Below, one piece after another: positions 1 through 8,628 of a stretch of DNA of 24,000 nt; position 1 is the stretch's first letter; each line of letters begins with the position of its first letter. The DNA lies in the NCBI RefSeq assembly GCF_025150245.1, contig NZ_CP102279.1, forward strand, positions 841,423-865,422, in the 5' to 3' direction. Below the pieces are notes generated by a model. It was not told where the DNA came from, made no database searches, and worked only from the letters and a program-made list of their open reading frames with translations. The translations under genes were made by a program, and so were the position numbers. Origin of the DNA: Dorea formicigenerans. Lineage in GTDB: Bacteria > Bacillota > Clostridia > Lachnospirales > Lachnospiraceae.

Positions 1-482
1 TCGGGGAGGGAGAAAATGTACTTTGCAGAGTCCATTCAGAATGCCTGACCGGAGATGCTTTTGGTTCTCTTCGCTGTGACTGCGGATTGCAGCTTCAGAC
101 GGCAATGCGCCAGGTGGAGGAAGAGGGAAGAGGAATCATTCTCTACATGAGACAGGAGGGAAGAGGAATCGGACTGATCAATAAAATCAAAGCATATGAA
201 CTTCAGGAACGTGGATATGATACAGTCGAGGCGAATGTTCAACTGGGATTTGCCCCAGATCTCAGAGAGTACTGGGTCGGAGCTCAGATTTTATCAGACC
301 TGGGCGTGAAATCCTTAAGACTTCTTACCAATAACCCGGATAAAGTCTATGGGCTTCAGGATTTCGGACTGGAAATTAAGGAAAGAGTACCATTAGAGAT
401 CCAGCCACAAAAATATGATCTGAATTATATGAAAACAAAACAGGAAAAAATGGGACACATTTTCAAAGAAATACAATTATAA
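1..482 (+). CDS. ribBA: GTP cyclohydrolase II domain, the C-terminal part of bifunctional RibBA (5' end lies outside the window)
   Basis: The frame is open from base 3 with no start in the window. It reads [65 protein letters not shown], the classic GTP cyclohydrolase II block ([15 protein letters not shown] and EGRGIGL). The stop is at 480-482 and ribH follows directly. Confidence 0.9.
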   Translation, partial: GEGENVLCRVHSECLTGDAFGSLRCDCGLQLQTAMRQVEEEGRGIILYMRQEGRGIGLINKIKAYELQERGYDTVEANVQLGFAPDLREYWVGAQILSDLGVKSLRLLTNNPDKVYGLQDFGLEIKERVPLEIQPQKYDLNYMKTKQEKMGHIFKEIQL

Positions 483-507
483 AAAAGAATGCAGGAGGAA
501 GAAGAAC

Positions 508-981
508 ATGAAACAGATTCAGGTAATTGAAGGAAAAGTAGTAGCACCAGAGGGAATGAAAGTCGGAATCGTAGCAGCCAGATTTAATGAAATTATTGTC
601 AATAAGTTATTAGGCGGAGCTGTTGACGGACTTGTGAGACATGGTGTAGAAGAAGAAAATATTACAGCAGCATGGGTGCCGGGAGCATTTGAAATACCAA
701 TCACAGCGCAGAAAATGGCGCAGTCAGGAAAGTACGATGCAGTCATCTGCGTAGGTGCAGTTATTCGTGGAGATACATCTCATTATGATCTGGTATGTAA
801 CGAGTCAGCAAAAGGAATTGCACAGATCGAGCTTGCAACAGGTATTCCTGTTTTATTTGGAATCATTACAACAGAAAATATTGAACAGGCAATTGCACGT
901 GCCGGAAGTAAAGCTGGAAATAAAGGTTATGATTGTGCGTTATCAGCAATTGAGATGGTGAATCTGATAAAACAGTTATAA
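508..981 (+). CDS. ribH: 6,7-dimethyl-8-ribityllumazine synthase
   Basis: 157 aa with an AGGAGG SD upstream. Lumazine synthase blocks are present: [28 protein letters not shown] and FGIITT. Its position right after ribBA matches Firmicute rib operons. Confidence 0.92.
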   Translation: MKQIQVIEGKVVAPEGMKVGIVAARFNEIIVNKLLGGAVDGLVRHGVEEENITAAWVPGAFEIPITAQKMAQSGKYDAVICVGAVIRGDTSHYDLVCNESAKGIAQIELATGIPVLFGIITTENIEQAIARAGSKAGNKGYDCALSAIEMVNLIKQL

Positions 982-1009
982 AATTTGACTTTTATTCTTA
1001 TACAAAGTA

Positions 1010-1053
1010 AAATAAACTATGTATGTCTTTTTAAAGATGTACATAGTTTATTT
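1010..1053 (+). terminator. AT-rich hairpin after ribH, probably the rib operon terminator
   Basis: The arms aaataaactatgtatgtc (1010-1027) and gatgtacatagtttattt (1036-1053) are complementary at 16 of 18 positions, with an 8-nt loop. T-rich sequence (tttatttgtttatt) follows. Confidence 0.5.
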
Positions 1054-1071
1054 GTTTATTGGAGAATGAAA

Positions 1072-2070
1072 ATGTTTGAAAAGAATAAAGAAAAAATGAA
1101 GGAAAAAATGGAGCCGGATAAAGTGCTTCGTTTTGCGATTGTTGCGGTAATCCTCTTGTTTTTGATCGGTGCGCTGATTATTGGAACACGAATGATGAAT
1201 CCGCGAGTGGATGCAACAGAAGGAGTAAAGAAACTGACAGAACTGGAAGATGCCAATGTTCAGAAGATTGATGCCAAGATTCAGGAATTAGAGCAGACAG
1301 AAGCAGATGAGGCGGCAGCGTGGAAAGCAAAGTCTGCAAAAGAAAAAATGGATGGCTGCATTGTGCTTGGCGACAGTACTGCACTTGGCTTCAGACAGAA
1401 TGACATCTTGAGTAAGTCGCAGGTGAAGTCAAAGGATGGAGCAACGGTCAGCGATGCGGAAGGTTCCGGATTAAATGAGCTTTTGACAGCCGTAACAGAA
1501 GCAGAGACTGCACCACAGAAGCTTATCCTCTGTATCGGAAGAGGAGATGTAGCAGTCAGTGGAGAGACAGCGGATGCATTTGCAGCGAATTACAAAAGCT
1601 TTGTTGAGCAGGTGAAAGCAGCATTGCCGGATACGAAAGTTTATGTATGCAGTATCCCGGCATACCTGTCACTGACAAGTACAGGTGATGAGACAGGTTC
1701 AGCCGATTCAGATACTGATTCAGATTCAGATACTGATTCAGATTCAGATGCTAAAGATACAACTGACAACTCGGATCTTAAGAGCAGTACAGATTCTAAG
1801 AGCAGCACAGATTCTAAGAGCAATAGTGATAGTGATACATCATCAGATGATAGTAGTTTGTCCAAGATGAGTACCGCGCTGGATGTAACTTCATACAATG
1901 AAGCTTTGAAGGCTCTTTGTAAGGAAGAAAAAGTGAAATATGTAGACACAACAGATCTTACGGACGCTTCTTATTATGGGGAGGACGGAAGTACAATGAC
2001 AAAAGCCTATTATGAGGCTTGTATTAATAAAATTCTGGAGGCAGCGTTTAGAAATTATGTTATTCAATAG
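1072..2070 (+). CDS. Membrane-anchored SGNH/GDSL-like protein with an acidic Asp/Ser/Thr-rich linker (degenerate catalytic blocks)
   Basis: The ORF track starts at TTG 985. I prefer ATG 1072, which lies 7 nt after GGAG at 1061-1064 (MFEKNKEK...). There is an N-terminal TM helix (FAIVAVILLFLIGALIIG) followed by a coiled-coil stretch. SGNH block I is present (CIVLGDSTALGF), block III is GRGD rather than GxND, and block V is DGST rather than DGxH. The low-complexity insert reads DSDTDSDSDTDSDSD...SSTDSKSSTDSKSNSDSD. Confidence 0.6.
   Translation: MFEKNKEKMKEKMEPDKVLRFAIVAVILLFLIGALIIGTRMMNPRVDATEGVKKLTELEDANVQKIDAKIQELEQTEADEAAAWKAKSAKEKMDGCIVLGDSTALGFRQNDILSKSQVKSKDGATVSDAEGSGLNELLTAVTEAETAPQKLILCIGRGDVAVSGETADAFAANYKSFVEQVKAALPDTKVYVCSIPAYLSLTSTGDETGSADSDTDSDSDTDSDSDAKDTTDNSDLKSSTDSKSSTDSKSNSDSDTSSDDSSLSKMSTALDVTSYNEALKALCKEEKVKYVDTTDLTDASYYGEDGSTMTKAYYEACINKILEAAFRNYVIQ
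1705..1833 (+). repeat. In-frame tandem 18-bp coding repeats forming the Asp/Ser/Thr-rich linker
   Basis: The unit gattcagatactgattca occurs twice (1705-1740), followed by the partial copy gattcagatgct. A second unit, aagagcagYacagattct, occurs twice (1780-1815), followed by the diverged copy aagagcaatagtgatagt (1816-1833). Confidence 0.85.
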
Positions 2071-4393
2071 TATCGCATTTATATGTGTATTTTTACCAGT
2101 TATTTTCATATTGTATTATCTGCTTCCGGGAAAGATAAAAGACATTGCCCTGGTTGCAGGGGGAGCAGTTTTTTTTGCATGGGGAGCCCCGGTCAATCTG
2201 GTCGTTCTGGCATTTTTTATATTGTTTAATTATGCTGTAGGAATTCAGATGGAAGGCTACATGCGAAGAAGAAGGAGTACGGAGCAGTTATTTGCTGGAA
2301 GCATACTGATTAATATTATAGTATATGTGTTCTTTGCATTTATCGGACAACGCGTGGGCTTTATTTCGGAAGTGCCGGTCGGAATAGGAATCTGTATCTT
2401 ACAGGTGCTTTCTTATCTGATTGAGATTCACCGGGGAAATGTAAAGGCTCAGAAAAGTATTCTGGATTTTGCTGTTTACATAGCAATGTTTCCGTTGTTC
2501 CTGGCAGGACCGGTCGTAAAATATCCGCAGATCCGAAAGGAATTAAAGACTCGCAAATTGTCCTGGGCAAAGGCTGGCGAAGGAATTGCTTTATTTGTAT
2601 GTGGTTTTGCAAAGAAAGTTATCATTGCAGATTACCTGGCAGATTCATTCACCAAGATCATGTCTTTGAAGGCAGGCGAGTTGTCTGTGTTTGGTGCATG
2701 GCTGGGATGTGCAACCTTCATGTTCCAGATTTACTTTGCGTTCAGTGGATATTGTGATATGGCAGTGGGACTTTGCAGAATGCTTGGATTTGATGTGAAG
2801 AAAAATTTCCGCTATCCATATGTAGCACGTAACATAACAACATTTGTACGACGTTTTAACAGCTCTGTTTTTGCATGGTTCTGGGATTACATCTGTGAAC
2901 CACTCTGGGGCGGCTGGCTTGGAACACTTGTATCCGGAATTCTGATGGGACTTTGGTATGCAGGTATGTGGAAGAATGCACCGTGGCAGGTAACGGTCAC
3001 AGGTGGATTGCTCTGGGGTATCTACCTTGCATTCTGGCAGATCGTGGAGCGTTATGCATTGCCATTTTTAAAGAGATTACCACCTGTGCTTGGACAGATT
3101 TATACATGGTTTTTCACAGCGCTTGGCTGGGTATTTTTCTTCGGTAAGACACCGGCAGCGTCATTTGGTTATCTGAAAGTGATGTTTGGATTTGGCGGAG
3201 GCGATGTGGTTGGTATCATGGGAAGATATCTTTTCCTTGGAAATGTGCTCGTTCTTGTAGTGGCATTTCTTGCAAGTACACCACTTCCGAATCTTATCTG
3301 GAAGAAGATTCTGGTATTTGGAAAGAAAGATAAAAAAGAAAAGAATAAAAAACGTCTGGAGCGAGGCAGAAGTGCAGTATTTGTATTCGCAGCCGTGATT
3401 ATGATCCTGTGTCTTGTGAATGTGACAGGAGCAGGAAGGACATTTTTCAAAGAGACGGTGAAAGATACCCAGGCGAAACTGGATACAGTTCTTGGAAGAC
3501 GGGACGTGAACGGTGTGTACCGAGGAAAGAACCAGTATCTTCTGGCGGATATTAACAAGCTGGATGAAAAGAAGATTCAGGCAAATGTGGACGCGATTAC
3601 AGCGCTTGCCGAGGATTATTCCGATGTGCCGATGTATATGGCACTGATTCCGGATGCTGCAAATGTATGGGCAGATAAGCTTCCTTCTTATGCTCCGGTG
3701 GAAGATCAGACAGTGCAGATTGCACAGATTCAGAGCATGCTTGGAGACAGTGTGAACTGGATTGATGCACAAGGTGTTCTAAATGCGAATAAAGATAAGG
3801 AAATTTATTACCACACAGATTCCCGCTGGACAACGCTTGGAGCTAGTCTTGTATGGCAGCAGATTGCTTCAGATCTGGGGCTTGACACTTCGAAAGCACC
3901 GGCTTTAAAACCTTATGTAGTGACCGGTGATTTCAGTGGAAATCTTTCCCGAACAAGTGGATTTGAAAGTGGATACCGTGAACCGATTTACGCATATTTA
4001 ACGGAAAATGCTTCCGACAACACGCAGATGGTGGCAAGTTATGAGTCTGAGGGCATAAAGACAGCAGAGCTTTATGACCGTACAAAACTGGACGAACCTG
4101 ATGCGTATGAAGTATTTCTCGGTGGAGATTATGATAAAATAGATATCCGCACGACAGCAGACAGCACGGACCGGCTGCTTCTGGTGAAGGATTCCTTTGC
4201 AGACTGTATGATTCCATTTTTAATTCCATATTACAGGGAGATCATCGTGGTAGATGCAGATTATTATCAGAAGCATGTGTCGGATCTGTTAGATAAGAAT
4301 AAAATTACAAGTGTGCTGTTTTTGTACGATTGCAATAATTTTGTACAGGATGACAAGCTGAGTAGTATTTTGACAACGGATAAGGCAGAATAG
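2057..4393 (+). CDS. MBOAT-family (AlgI/DltB-like) membrane protein fused to a C-terminal extracytoplasmic DHHW/AlgJ/AlgX-like domain
   Basis: The ORF spans 2012-4393. I prefer the ATG at 2057 (MLFNSIAFICVFLP..., a typical MBOAT N-terminus), which overlaps the upstream stop by 14 nt. The multi-TM N-terminal half carries the MBOAT block FSGYCDMAVGLCRMLGFDVKKNFRYPYVARNITTFVRRFNSSVFAWFWDYICEPLWGG. A Lys-rich linker (KKDKKEKNKKRLERGR) and one TM helix follow. The last ~300 aa carry YYHTDSRWTTLGA and LLLVKDSF motifs of the DHHW/AlgJ type. Confidence 0.8.
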   Translation: MLFNSIAFICVFLPVIFILYYLLPGKIKDIALVAGGAVFFAWGAPVNLVVLAFFILFNYAVGIQMEGYMRRRRSTEQLFAGSILINIIVYVFFAFIGQRVGFISEVPVGIGICILQVLSYLIEIHRGNVKAQKSILDFAVYIAMFPLFLAGPVVKYPQIRKELKTRKLSWAKAGEGIALFVCGFAKKVIIADYLADSFTKIMSLKAGELSVFGAWLGCATFMFQIYFAFSGYCDMAVGLCRMLGFDVKKNFRYPYVARNITTFVRRFNSSVFAWFWDYICEPLWGGWLGTLVSGILMGLWYAGMWKNAPWQVTVTGGLLWGIYLAFWQIVERYALPFLKRLPPVLGQIYTWFFTALGWVFFFGKTPAASFGYLKVMFGFGGGDVVGIMGRYLFLGNVLVLVVAFLASTPLPNLIWKKILVFGKKDKKEKNKKRLERGRSAVFVFAAVIMILCLVNVTGAGRTFFKETVKDTQAKLDTVLGRRDVNGVYRGKNQYLLADINKLDEKKIQANVDAITALAEDYSDVPMYMALIPDAANVWADKLPSYAPVEDQTVQIAQIQSMLGDSVNWIDAQGVLNANKDKEIYYHTDSRWTTLGASLVWQQIASDLGLDTSKAPALKPYVVTGDFSGNLSRTSGFESGYREPIYAYLTENASDNTQMVASYESEGIKTAELYDRTKLDEPDAYEVFLGGDYDKIDIRTTADSTDRLLLVKDSFADCMIPFLIPYYREIIVVDADYYQKHVSDLLDKNKITSVLFLYDCNNFVQDDKLSSILTTDKAE

Positions 4394-4422
4394 GAACTGC
4401 AAAGTAATTGGAGTGTTAGTAA

Positions 4423-5163
4423 ATGATAAGATTAAATAAATACCTCAGTGAGGCAGGTGTCTGCTCCAGAAGAGAGGCGGACCGTCTCATAGAGGCGGGA
4501 CGTGTGACGGTGGATGGTGTACGGGCTGTACCGGGCATGAAAGTGTCAGAGGAGCAGAAAATCTGTGTCGGGAAAAAAGTGATCCAGGGTGCAGAACAGA
4601 AGGTTGTTCTGGCAGTCAACAAACCGGCAGGTATCGTGTGTACCGGGGATATGAAAGTGAAAAATAATATCATACGTTTCCTGCATTATCCGGTGCGCGT
4701 AACCTATGCAGGAAGACTGGATAAAGATTCGGAAGGCCTCCTTATTATGACAAATGATGGAGAACTGATCAACAGTATGATGCGGGCGAGATATCATCAT
4801 GAAAAGGAATATCATGTCCGCGTGGATAAAGAAATTACTTCAGAATTTGTGCGGCAGATGTCAGAGGGTGTGCATATACAGGACGTGGAAAAGAATCTGG
4901 ATGCGGTAACAAGACCATGTGAGGTAAAGCAGATTGGAAAGTACACATTTTCCATTATTCTGACACAGGGGCTGAACCGTCAGATCCGGAGAATGTGCGA
5001 AGCACTTGGATATAAAGTGACAAAGCTTGTAAGAATAAGAATTATGAATGTAGAACTGGGAAGCTTAAAGAGTGGAGCAGTGCGAAAAATAGAAGGACAG
5101 GAGTTAAAGAAGCTATATGAACAGGCAGGAACGCATGAAGGAACTGGTGGAGCTTTTGAATAA
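4423..5163 (+). CDS. rRNA pseudouridine synthase, RsuA/RluB/RluF family
   Basis: 246 aa. It has an N-terminal S4 domain (IRLNKYLSEAGVCSRREADRLIEAGRVTVDG). The catalytic motif is AGRLDKDSEGLLIMTNDGEL, and GLNRQIRRM is also present. Confidence 0.88.
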   Translation: MIRLNKYLSEAGVCSRREADRLIEAGRVTVDGVRAVPGMKVSEEQKICVGKKVIQGAEQKVVLAVNKPAGIVCTGDMKVKNNIIRFLHYPVRVTYAGRLDKDSEGLLIMTNDGELINSMMRARYHHEKEYHVRVDKEITSEFVRQMSEGVHIQDVEKNLDAVTRPCEVKQIGKYTFSIILTQGLNRQIRRMCEALGYKVTKLVRIRIMNVELGSLKSGAVRKIEGQELKKLYEQAGTHEGTGGAFE

Positions 5164-7078
5164 AGCATCAAAAGCATATTATCAAGACGCAGAAGAAATC
5201 ATGAGCAACTATGAGTACGACAAGCTTTATGATGAACTTCAGGAATTGGAGCGTGAGCTAGGGATCACACTTTCCAACAGTCCGACGGTGCGAGTCGGAT
5301 ATGAAGTGGTCAGTGAACTCCCAAAAGAACGGCATGAAAGCCCAATGCTTTCTTTGGACAAGACGAAAGATGTAGAGGAATTAAAGAATTTTGTGGGAGA
5401 TCAGAAGGCACTGATGTCCTGGAAAATGGACGGACTTACCATTGTTCTGACTTACCGGGGCGGACATCTTTTTAAGGCAGTCACTCGTGGAAATGGAGAA
5501 GTAGGCGAGGTCATCACAAACAATGCAAAAGTCTTTAAAAATGTACCGCTTCAGATCAGCTATCAAGGTGAGCTGATACTGCGCGGCGAAGCAGTGATCG
5601 GCTATAAAGATTTTGAGAAGATTAATGAACAGATTCAGGAAGCAGAAGCCAAATATAAAAATCCGCGTAATCTCTGCAGTGGTTCTGTACGCCAGCTGAA
5701 CAGTGAGATTACAGCAAAAAGAAATGTAAAATTCTATGCATTTACACTGGTCAGTGCAAAAGATGTGGATTTCCACAATTCCAGAGCCTGTCAGATGGAA
5801 TGGCTGAAAGAGCAGGGATTTGAAGTAGTAGAATACCACGAAGTAATAAGAGACACAGTAGAGGCGGAAGTTATTAAATTTTCAGAAAAAATTGCCGAGA
5901 ACGATTTCCCGTCCGACGGACTTGTGTTAGTATATGATGATATAGCGTATGGAAGATCACTGGGGCGGACGTCTAAGTTTCCACGAGATTCATTTGCATT
6001 TAAATGGGCTGATGAGATTCGCCAGACAAAGCTTTTGGAGATTGAGTGGAGTCCATCTAGAACAGGACTCATCAATCCGGTCGCTATCTTTGAACCGGTG
6101 GAGCTGGAGGGAACGACAGTGAGCCGTGCTAGTGTCCACAACATCAGTATTATGGAAGAACTGGAACTTGGTGTGGGGGATGAGATTGAAGTTTATAAGG
6201 CTAATATGATCATTCCGCAGATTGCACAGAATCTGACAAGAAGTGGTGTGAAAGATATTCCAAAAGTCTGTCCGGTCTGTGGCGGCAAGACAGAGATTCG
6301 CCAGGTCAGCAATGCAAAAGCACTGTATTGTACCAATCCGGAATGTCAGGCAAAGCATGTCAAAGCATTTGCACTTTTTGCGAGCCGTGACGCTTTGAAT
6401 ATTGAAGGTTTGTCAGAGGCAACGCTGGAGAAGTTTATTGACCGTGGATTTATAAAGGAATTCACAGACATTTTCCATTTGGATAAATGGCAGGAAGAGA
6501 TTCAGACTATGGAAGGTTTTGGAGAAAAATCCTACAAGAACCTGATCGCAAATGTGGAGAAAGCAAAAGTGACGACACTTCCGAAAGTAATCTATGCACT
6601 TGGAATTCCGGGAATTGGTCTTGCAAATGCGAAGGTCATCTGCAGAGAATTTTCCGGTGATGTGGATCGTATGATTCATGCTACTGCAGAAGAACTTGCA
6701 GAGATTCAGGGAGTAGGCGAAGTACTTGCCGGCGCATTTGTAACTTATTTTCAGGATGAGAAGCATGTAGAAAGCTTAAAGCGACTGATTGCAGAGCTTG
6801 AGATTCCAAAGGAAGAAGAATCAGAGAGTCAACAGATCTTTGCCGGAGTGAACTTTGTTATTACCGGAAGTGTGGAACATTTTGCAAACAGAGGAGAGGT
6901 CAAGGAACTGATTGAGAGCCTGGGAGGAAAAGTTACGGGATCTGTCACTTCCAAAACAAATTACCTAATCAATAATGATGTGACATCGACTTCATCAAAG
7001 AATAAAAAAGCAAACGAACTGGGAGTTCCGATTATTTCGGAGGAGCAGTTCATTAAGATGGTAGAGGAACAAAAGTAG
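5117..7078 (+). CDS. ligA: NAD-dependent DNA ligase
   Basis: 653 aa. It has the adenylation motif WKMDGLT, the Zn finger CPVCGGKTEI...CTNPEC, an HhH region and a C-terminal BRCT domain (FAGVNFVITGSV). With ATG 5117 it overlaps the previous gene by 47 nt. ATG 5135 (MKELVELL) is an alternative start. Confidence 0.93.
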   Translation: MNRQERMKELVELLNKASKAYYQDAEEIMSNYEYDKLYDELQELERELGITLSNSPTVRVGYEVVSELPKERHESPMLSLDKTKDVEELKNFVGDQKALMSWKMDGLTIVLTYRGGHLFKAVTRGNGEVGEVITNNAKVFKNVPLQISYQGELILRGEAVIGYKDFEKINEQIQEAEAKYKNPRNLCSGSVRQLNSEITAKRNVKFYAFTLVSAKDVDFHNSRACQMEWLKEQGFEVVEYHEVIRDTVEAEVIKFSEKIAENDFPSDGLVLVYDDIAYGRSLGRTSKFPRDSFAFKWADEIRQTKLLEIEWSPSRTGLINPVAIFEPVELEGTTVSRASVHNISIMEELELGVGDEIEVYKANMIIPQIAQNLTRSGVKDIPKVCPVCGGKTEIRQVSNAKALYCTNPECQAKHVKAFALFASRDALNIEGLSEATLEKFIDRGFIKEFTDIFHLDKWQEEIQTMEGFGEKSYKNLIANVEKAKVTTLPKVIYALGIPGIGLANAKVICREFSGDVDRMIHATAEELAEIQGVGEVLAGAFVTYFQDEKHVESLKRLIAELEIPKEEESESQQIFAGVNFVITGSVEHFANRGEVKELIESLGGKVTGSVTSKTNYLINNDVTSTSSKNKKANELGVPIISEEQFIKMVEEQK

Positions 7079-7096
7079 GAAAGAAGGGAAAGAACC

Positions 7097-8527
7097 ATGT
7101 CTGAACAGGATTATGTAGATACAATTGATAACAACGATAATAATAGCAATGACAATCATAACGATGATGAATATGAGAAAGTCTGCTTTGTCTGCCACAG
7201 ACCAGAGAGTGTGGCTGGAAAGATGATCAATCTTCCGAACAATATGTGTGTGTGCAATGACTGTATGCAAAAGAGTTTTGATGCTATGAATAATATGAAC
7301 TTCGGTGGTGCGATTGATTATAGCCAGCTTATGAATATGCCGGGAGTTCAGTTCTTAAATATTGATGATATGAGCCAGCAGATTCCAAAGCAGCAGCGCG
7401 TGAAGAAGAAAAAAGAAGGCGAGAAGGCAACGCCGCTCGTTGACATTCATAACCTTCCGGCACCGCATAAGATCAAGGCGAGCCTGGACGAGTATGTAGT
7501 CGGACAGGAATATGCCAAGAAAGTGATGTCTGTTGCTGTATACAACCATTACAAGCGTGTGGCAACGGATTCTATGGACGACATTGAGATTGAGAAATCT
7601 AACATGCTGATGATTGGACCTACAGGTTCCGGTAAGACTTATCTTGTCAAGACGCTGGCAAGAATTCTGGATGTGCCGCTTGCGATTACAGATGCTACAT
7701 CTCTGACGGAAGCAGGTTATATTGGAGATGATATCGAAAGCGTTGTATCCAAGCTTCTGGCAGCAGCGGATAACGATGTGGAAAAAGCAGAACAGGGAAT
7801 CATTTTTATTGATGAGATTGATAAGATTGCAAAAAAGAAAAATGCGAGTCAGCGTGATGTCAGTGGAGAGTCCGTACAGCAGGGAATGCTGAAGCTTTTA
7901 GAAGGAAGCGAAGTGGAAGTTCCGGTTGGAGCTAATAGTAAAAATGCGATGGTTCCGCTCACAACAGTCAATACAAAGAACATTTTATTTATCTGTGGAG
8001 GAGCATTTCCGGATCTGGACAGCATCATCAAAGAGAGACTTACAAAGCAGTCTGCAATTGGATTTGGCGCAGATCTGAAAGATAAATATGATCATGATAA
8101 GAAGATTCTTGAGAAGGTAACAACAGAAGATCTTAGAAACTTTGGTATGATCCCGGAGTTCCTGGGACGACTTCCGGTAGTCTTTACATTACAGGGACTC
8201 ACAGAAGATATGTATGTGAAGATTCTGGAGGAGCCAAAGAATGCAATTCTGAAGCAGTATCAGAAACTTCTTGCACTGGATGAAGTGAAGCTCGATTTCA
8301 CAGAAGGTGCATTACGTGCAATTGCGAAAAAGGCAATGGAGAAGGATACAGGAGCGAGAGCCCTTCGTGCGATTATCGAAGAATTTATGCTGGATATCAT
8401 GTATGAAATCCCGAAAGATGACAGCATTGGTCAAGTGACGATTACACAGGAGTACATAGAAAATACTGGTGGTCCGATTATTACACTGAGAGGGCAGGAA
8501 GTGCCGAGATTAGAAAGTCAGGCATAG
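7097..8527 (+). CDS. clpX: ATP-dependent Clp protease ATP-binding subunit ClpX, with an Asn/Asp-rich N-terminal extension
   Basis: 476 aa. It has the Zn-ribbon CFVCH...CVCNDC, Walker A GPTGSGKT and Walker B IIFIDEIDK. The pore loop is AGYIGDD and the ClpP-docking IGF loop is SAIGFGA. The first ~28 aa read MSEQDYVDTIDNNDNNSNDNHNDDEYEK. Confidence 0.93.
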   Translation: MSEQDYVDTIDNNDNNSNDNHNDDEYEKVCFVCHRPESVAGKMINLPNNMCVCNDCMQKSFDAMNNMNFGGAIDYSQLMNMPGVQFLNIDDMSQQIPKQQRVKKKKEGEKATPLVDIHNLPAPHKIKASLDEYVVGQEYAKKVMSVAVYNHYKRVATDSMDDIEIEKSNMLMIGPTGSGKTYLVKTLARILDVPLAITDATSLTEAGYIGDDIESVVSKLLAAADNDVEKAEQGIIFIDEIDKIAKKKNASQRDVSGESVQQGMLKLLEGSEVEVPVGANSKNAMVPLTTVNTKNILFICGGAFPDLDSIIKERLTKQSAIGFGADLKDKYDHDKKILEKVTTEDLRNFGMIPEFLGRLPVVFTLQGLTEDMYVKILEEPKNAILKQYQKLLALDEVKLDFTEGALRAIAKKAMEKDTGARALRAIIEEFMLDIMYEIPKDDSIGQVTITQEYIENTGGPIITLRGQEVPRLESQA

Positions 8528-8578
8528 ATAGTAAGGTAGTTATAAAAATATAGAAGATAATGCCCAATAATAAAATAA

Positions 8579-8628
8579 GAAAACATCTCATATACATATG
8601 AAAAGTATACGAGGTGTTTTCTTTTTTA
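8579..8628 (+). terminator. Rho-independent terminator after clpX
   Basis: The arm gaaaacatctcatatac (8579-8595) pairs with gtatacgaggtgttttc (8605-8621). This gives a 17-bp stem with one G-U pair and one mismatch, and a 9-nt loop. A T-run (ttttttat) follows. Confidence 0.75.

Noticed and set aside
985-1071. N-terminal extension of the SGNH-like ORF from the track start at TTG 985 (MTFILIQSKINYVCLF...).
   Set aside because: This stretch coincides with the post-ribH hairpin and has no SD. GGAG at 1061-1064 followed by ATG 1072 gives a sensible start (MFEKNKEK) just before the TM helix.
3161-3772. A 203-aa ORF on the - strand. Similar antisense ORFs occur at 519-746, 1641-1949, 5381-5839, 5791-6358, 6413-6766, 8907-9260, 13082-13507 and 14667-15068.
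   Set aside because: All of them lie entirely inside strongly supported + strand genes. They lack SD sequences and have the skewed Cys/His/Ser/Leu composition of mirror-frame artefacts.
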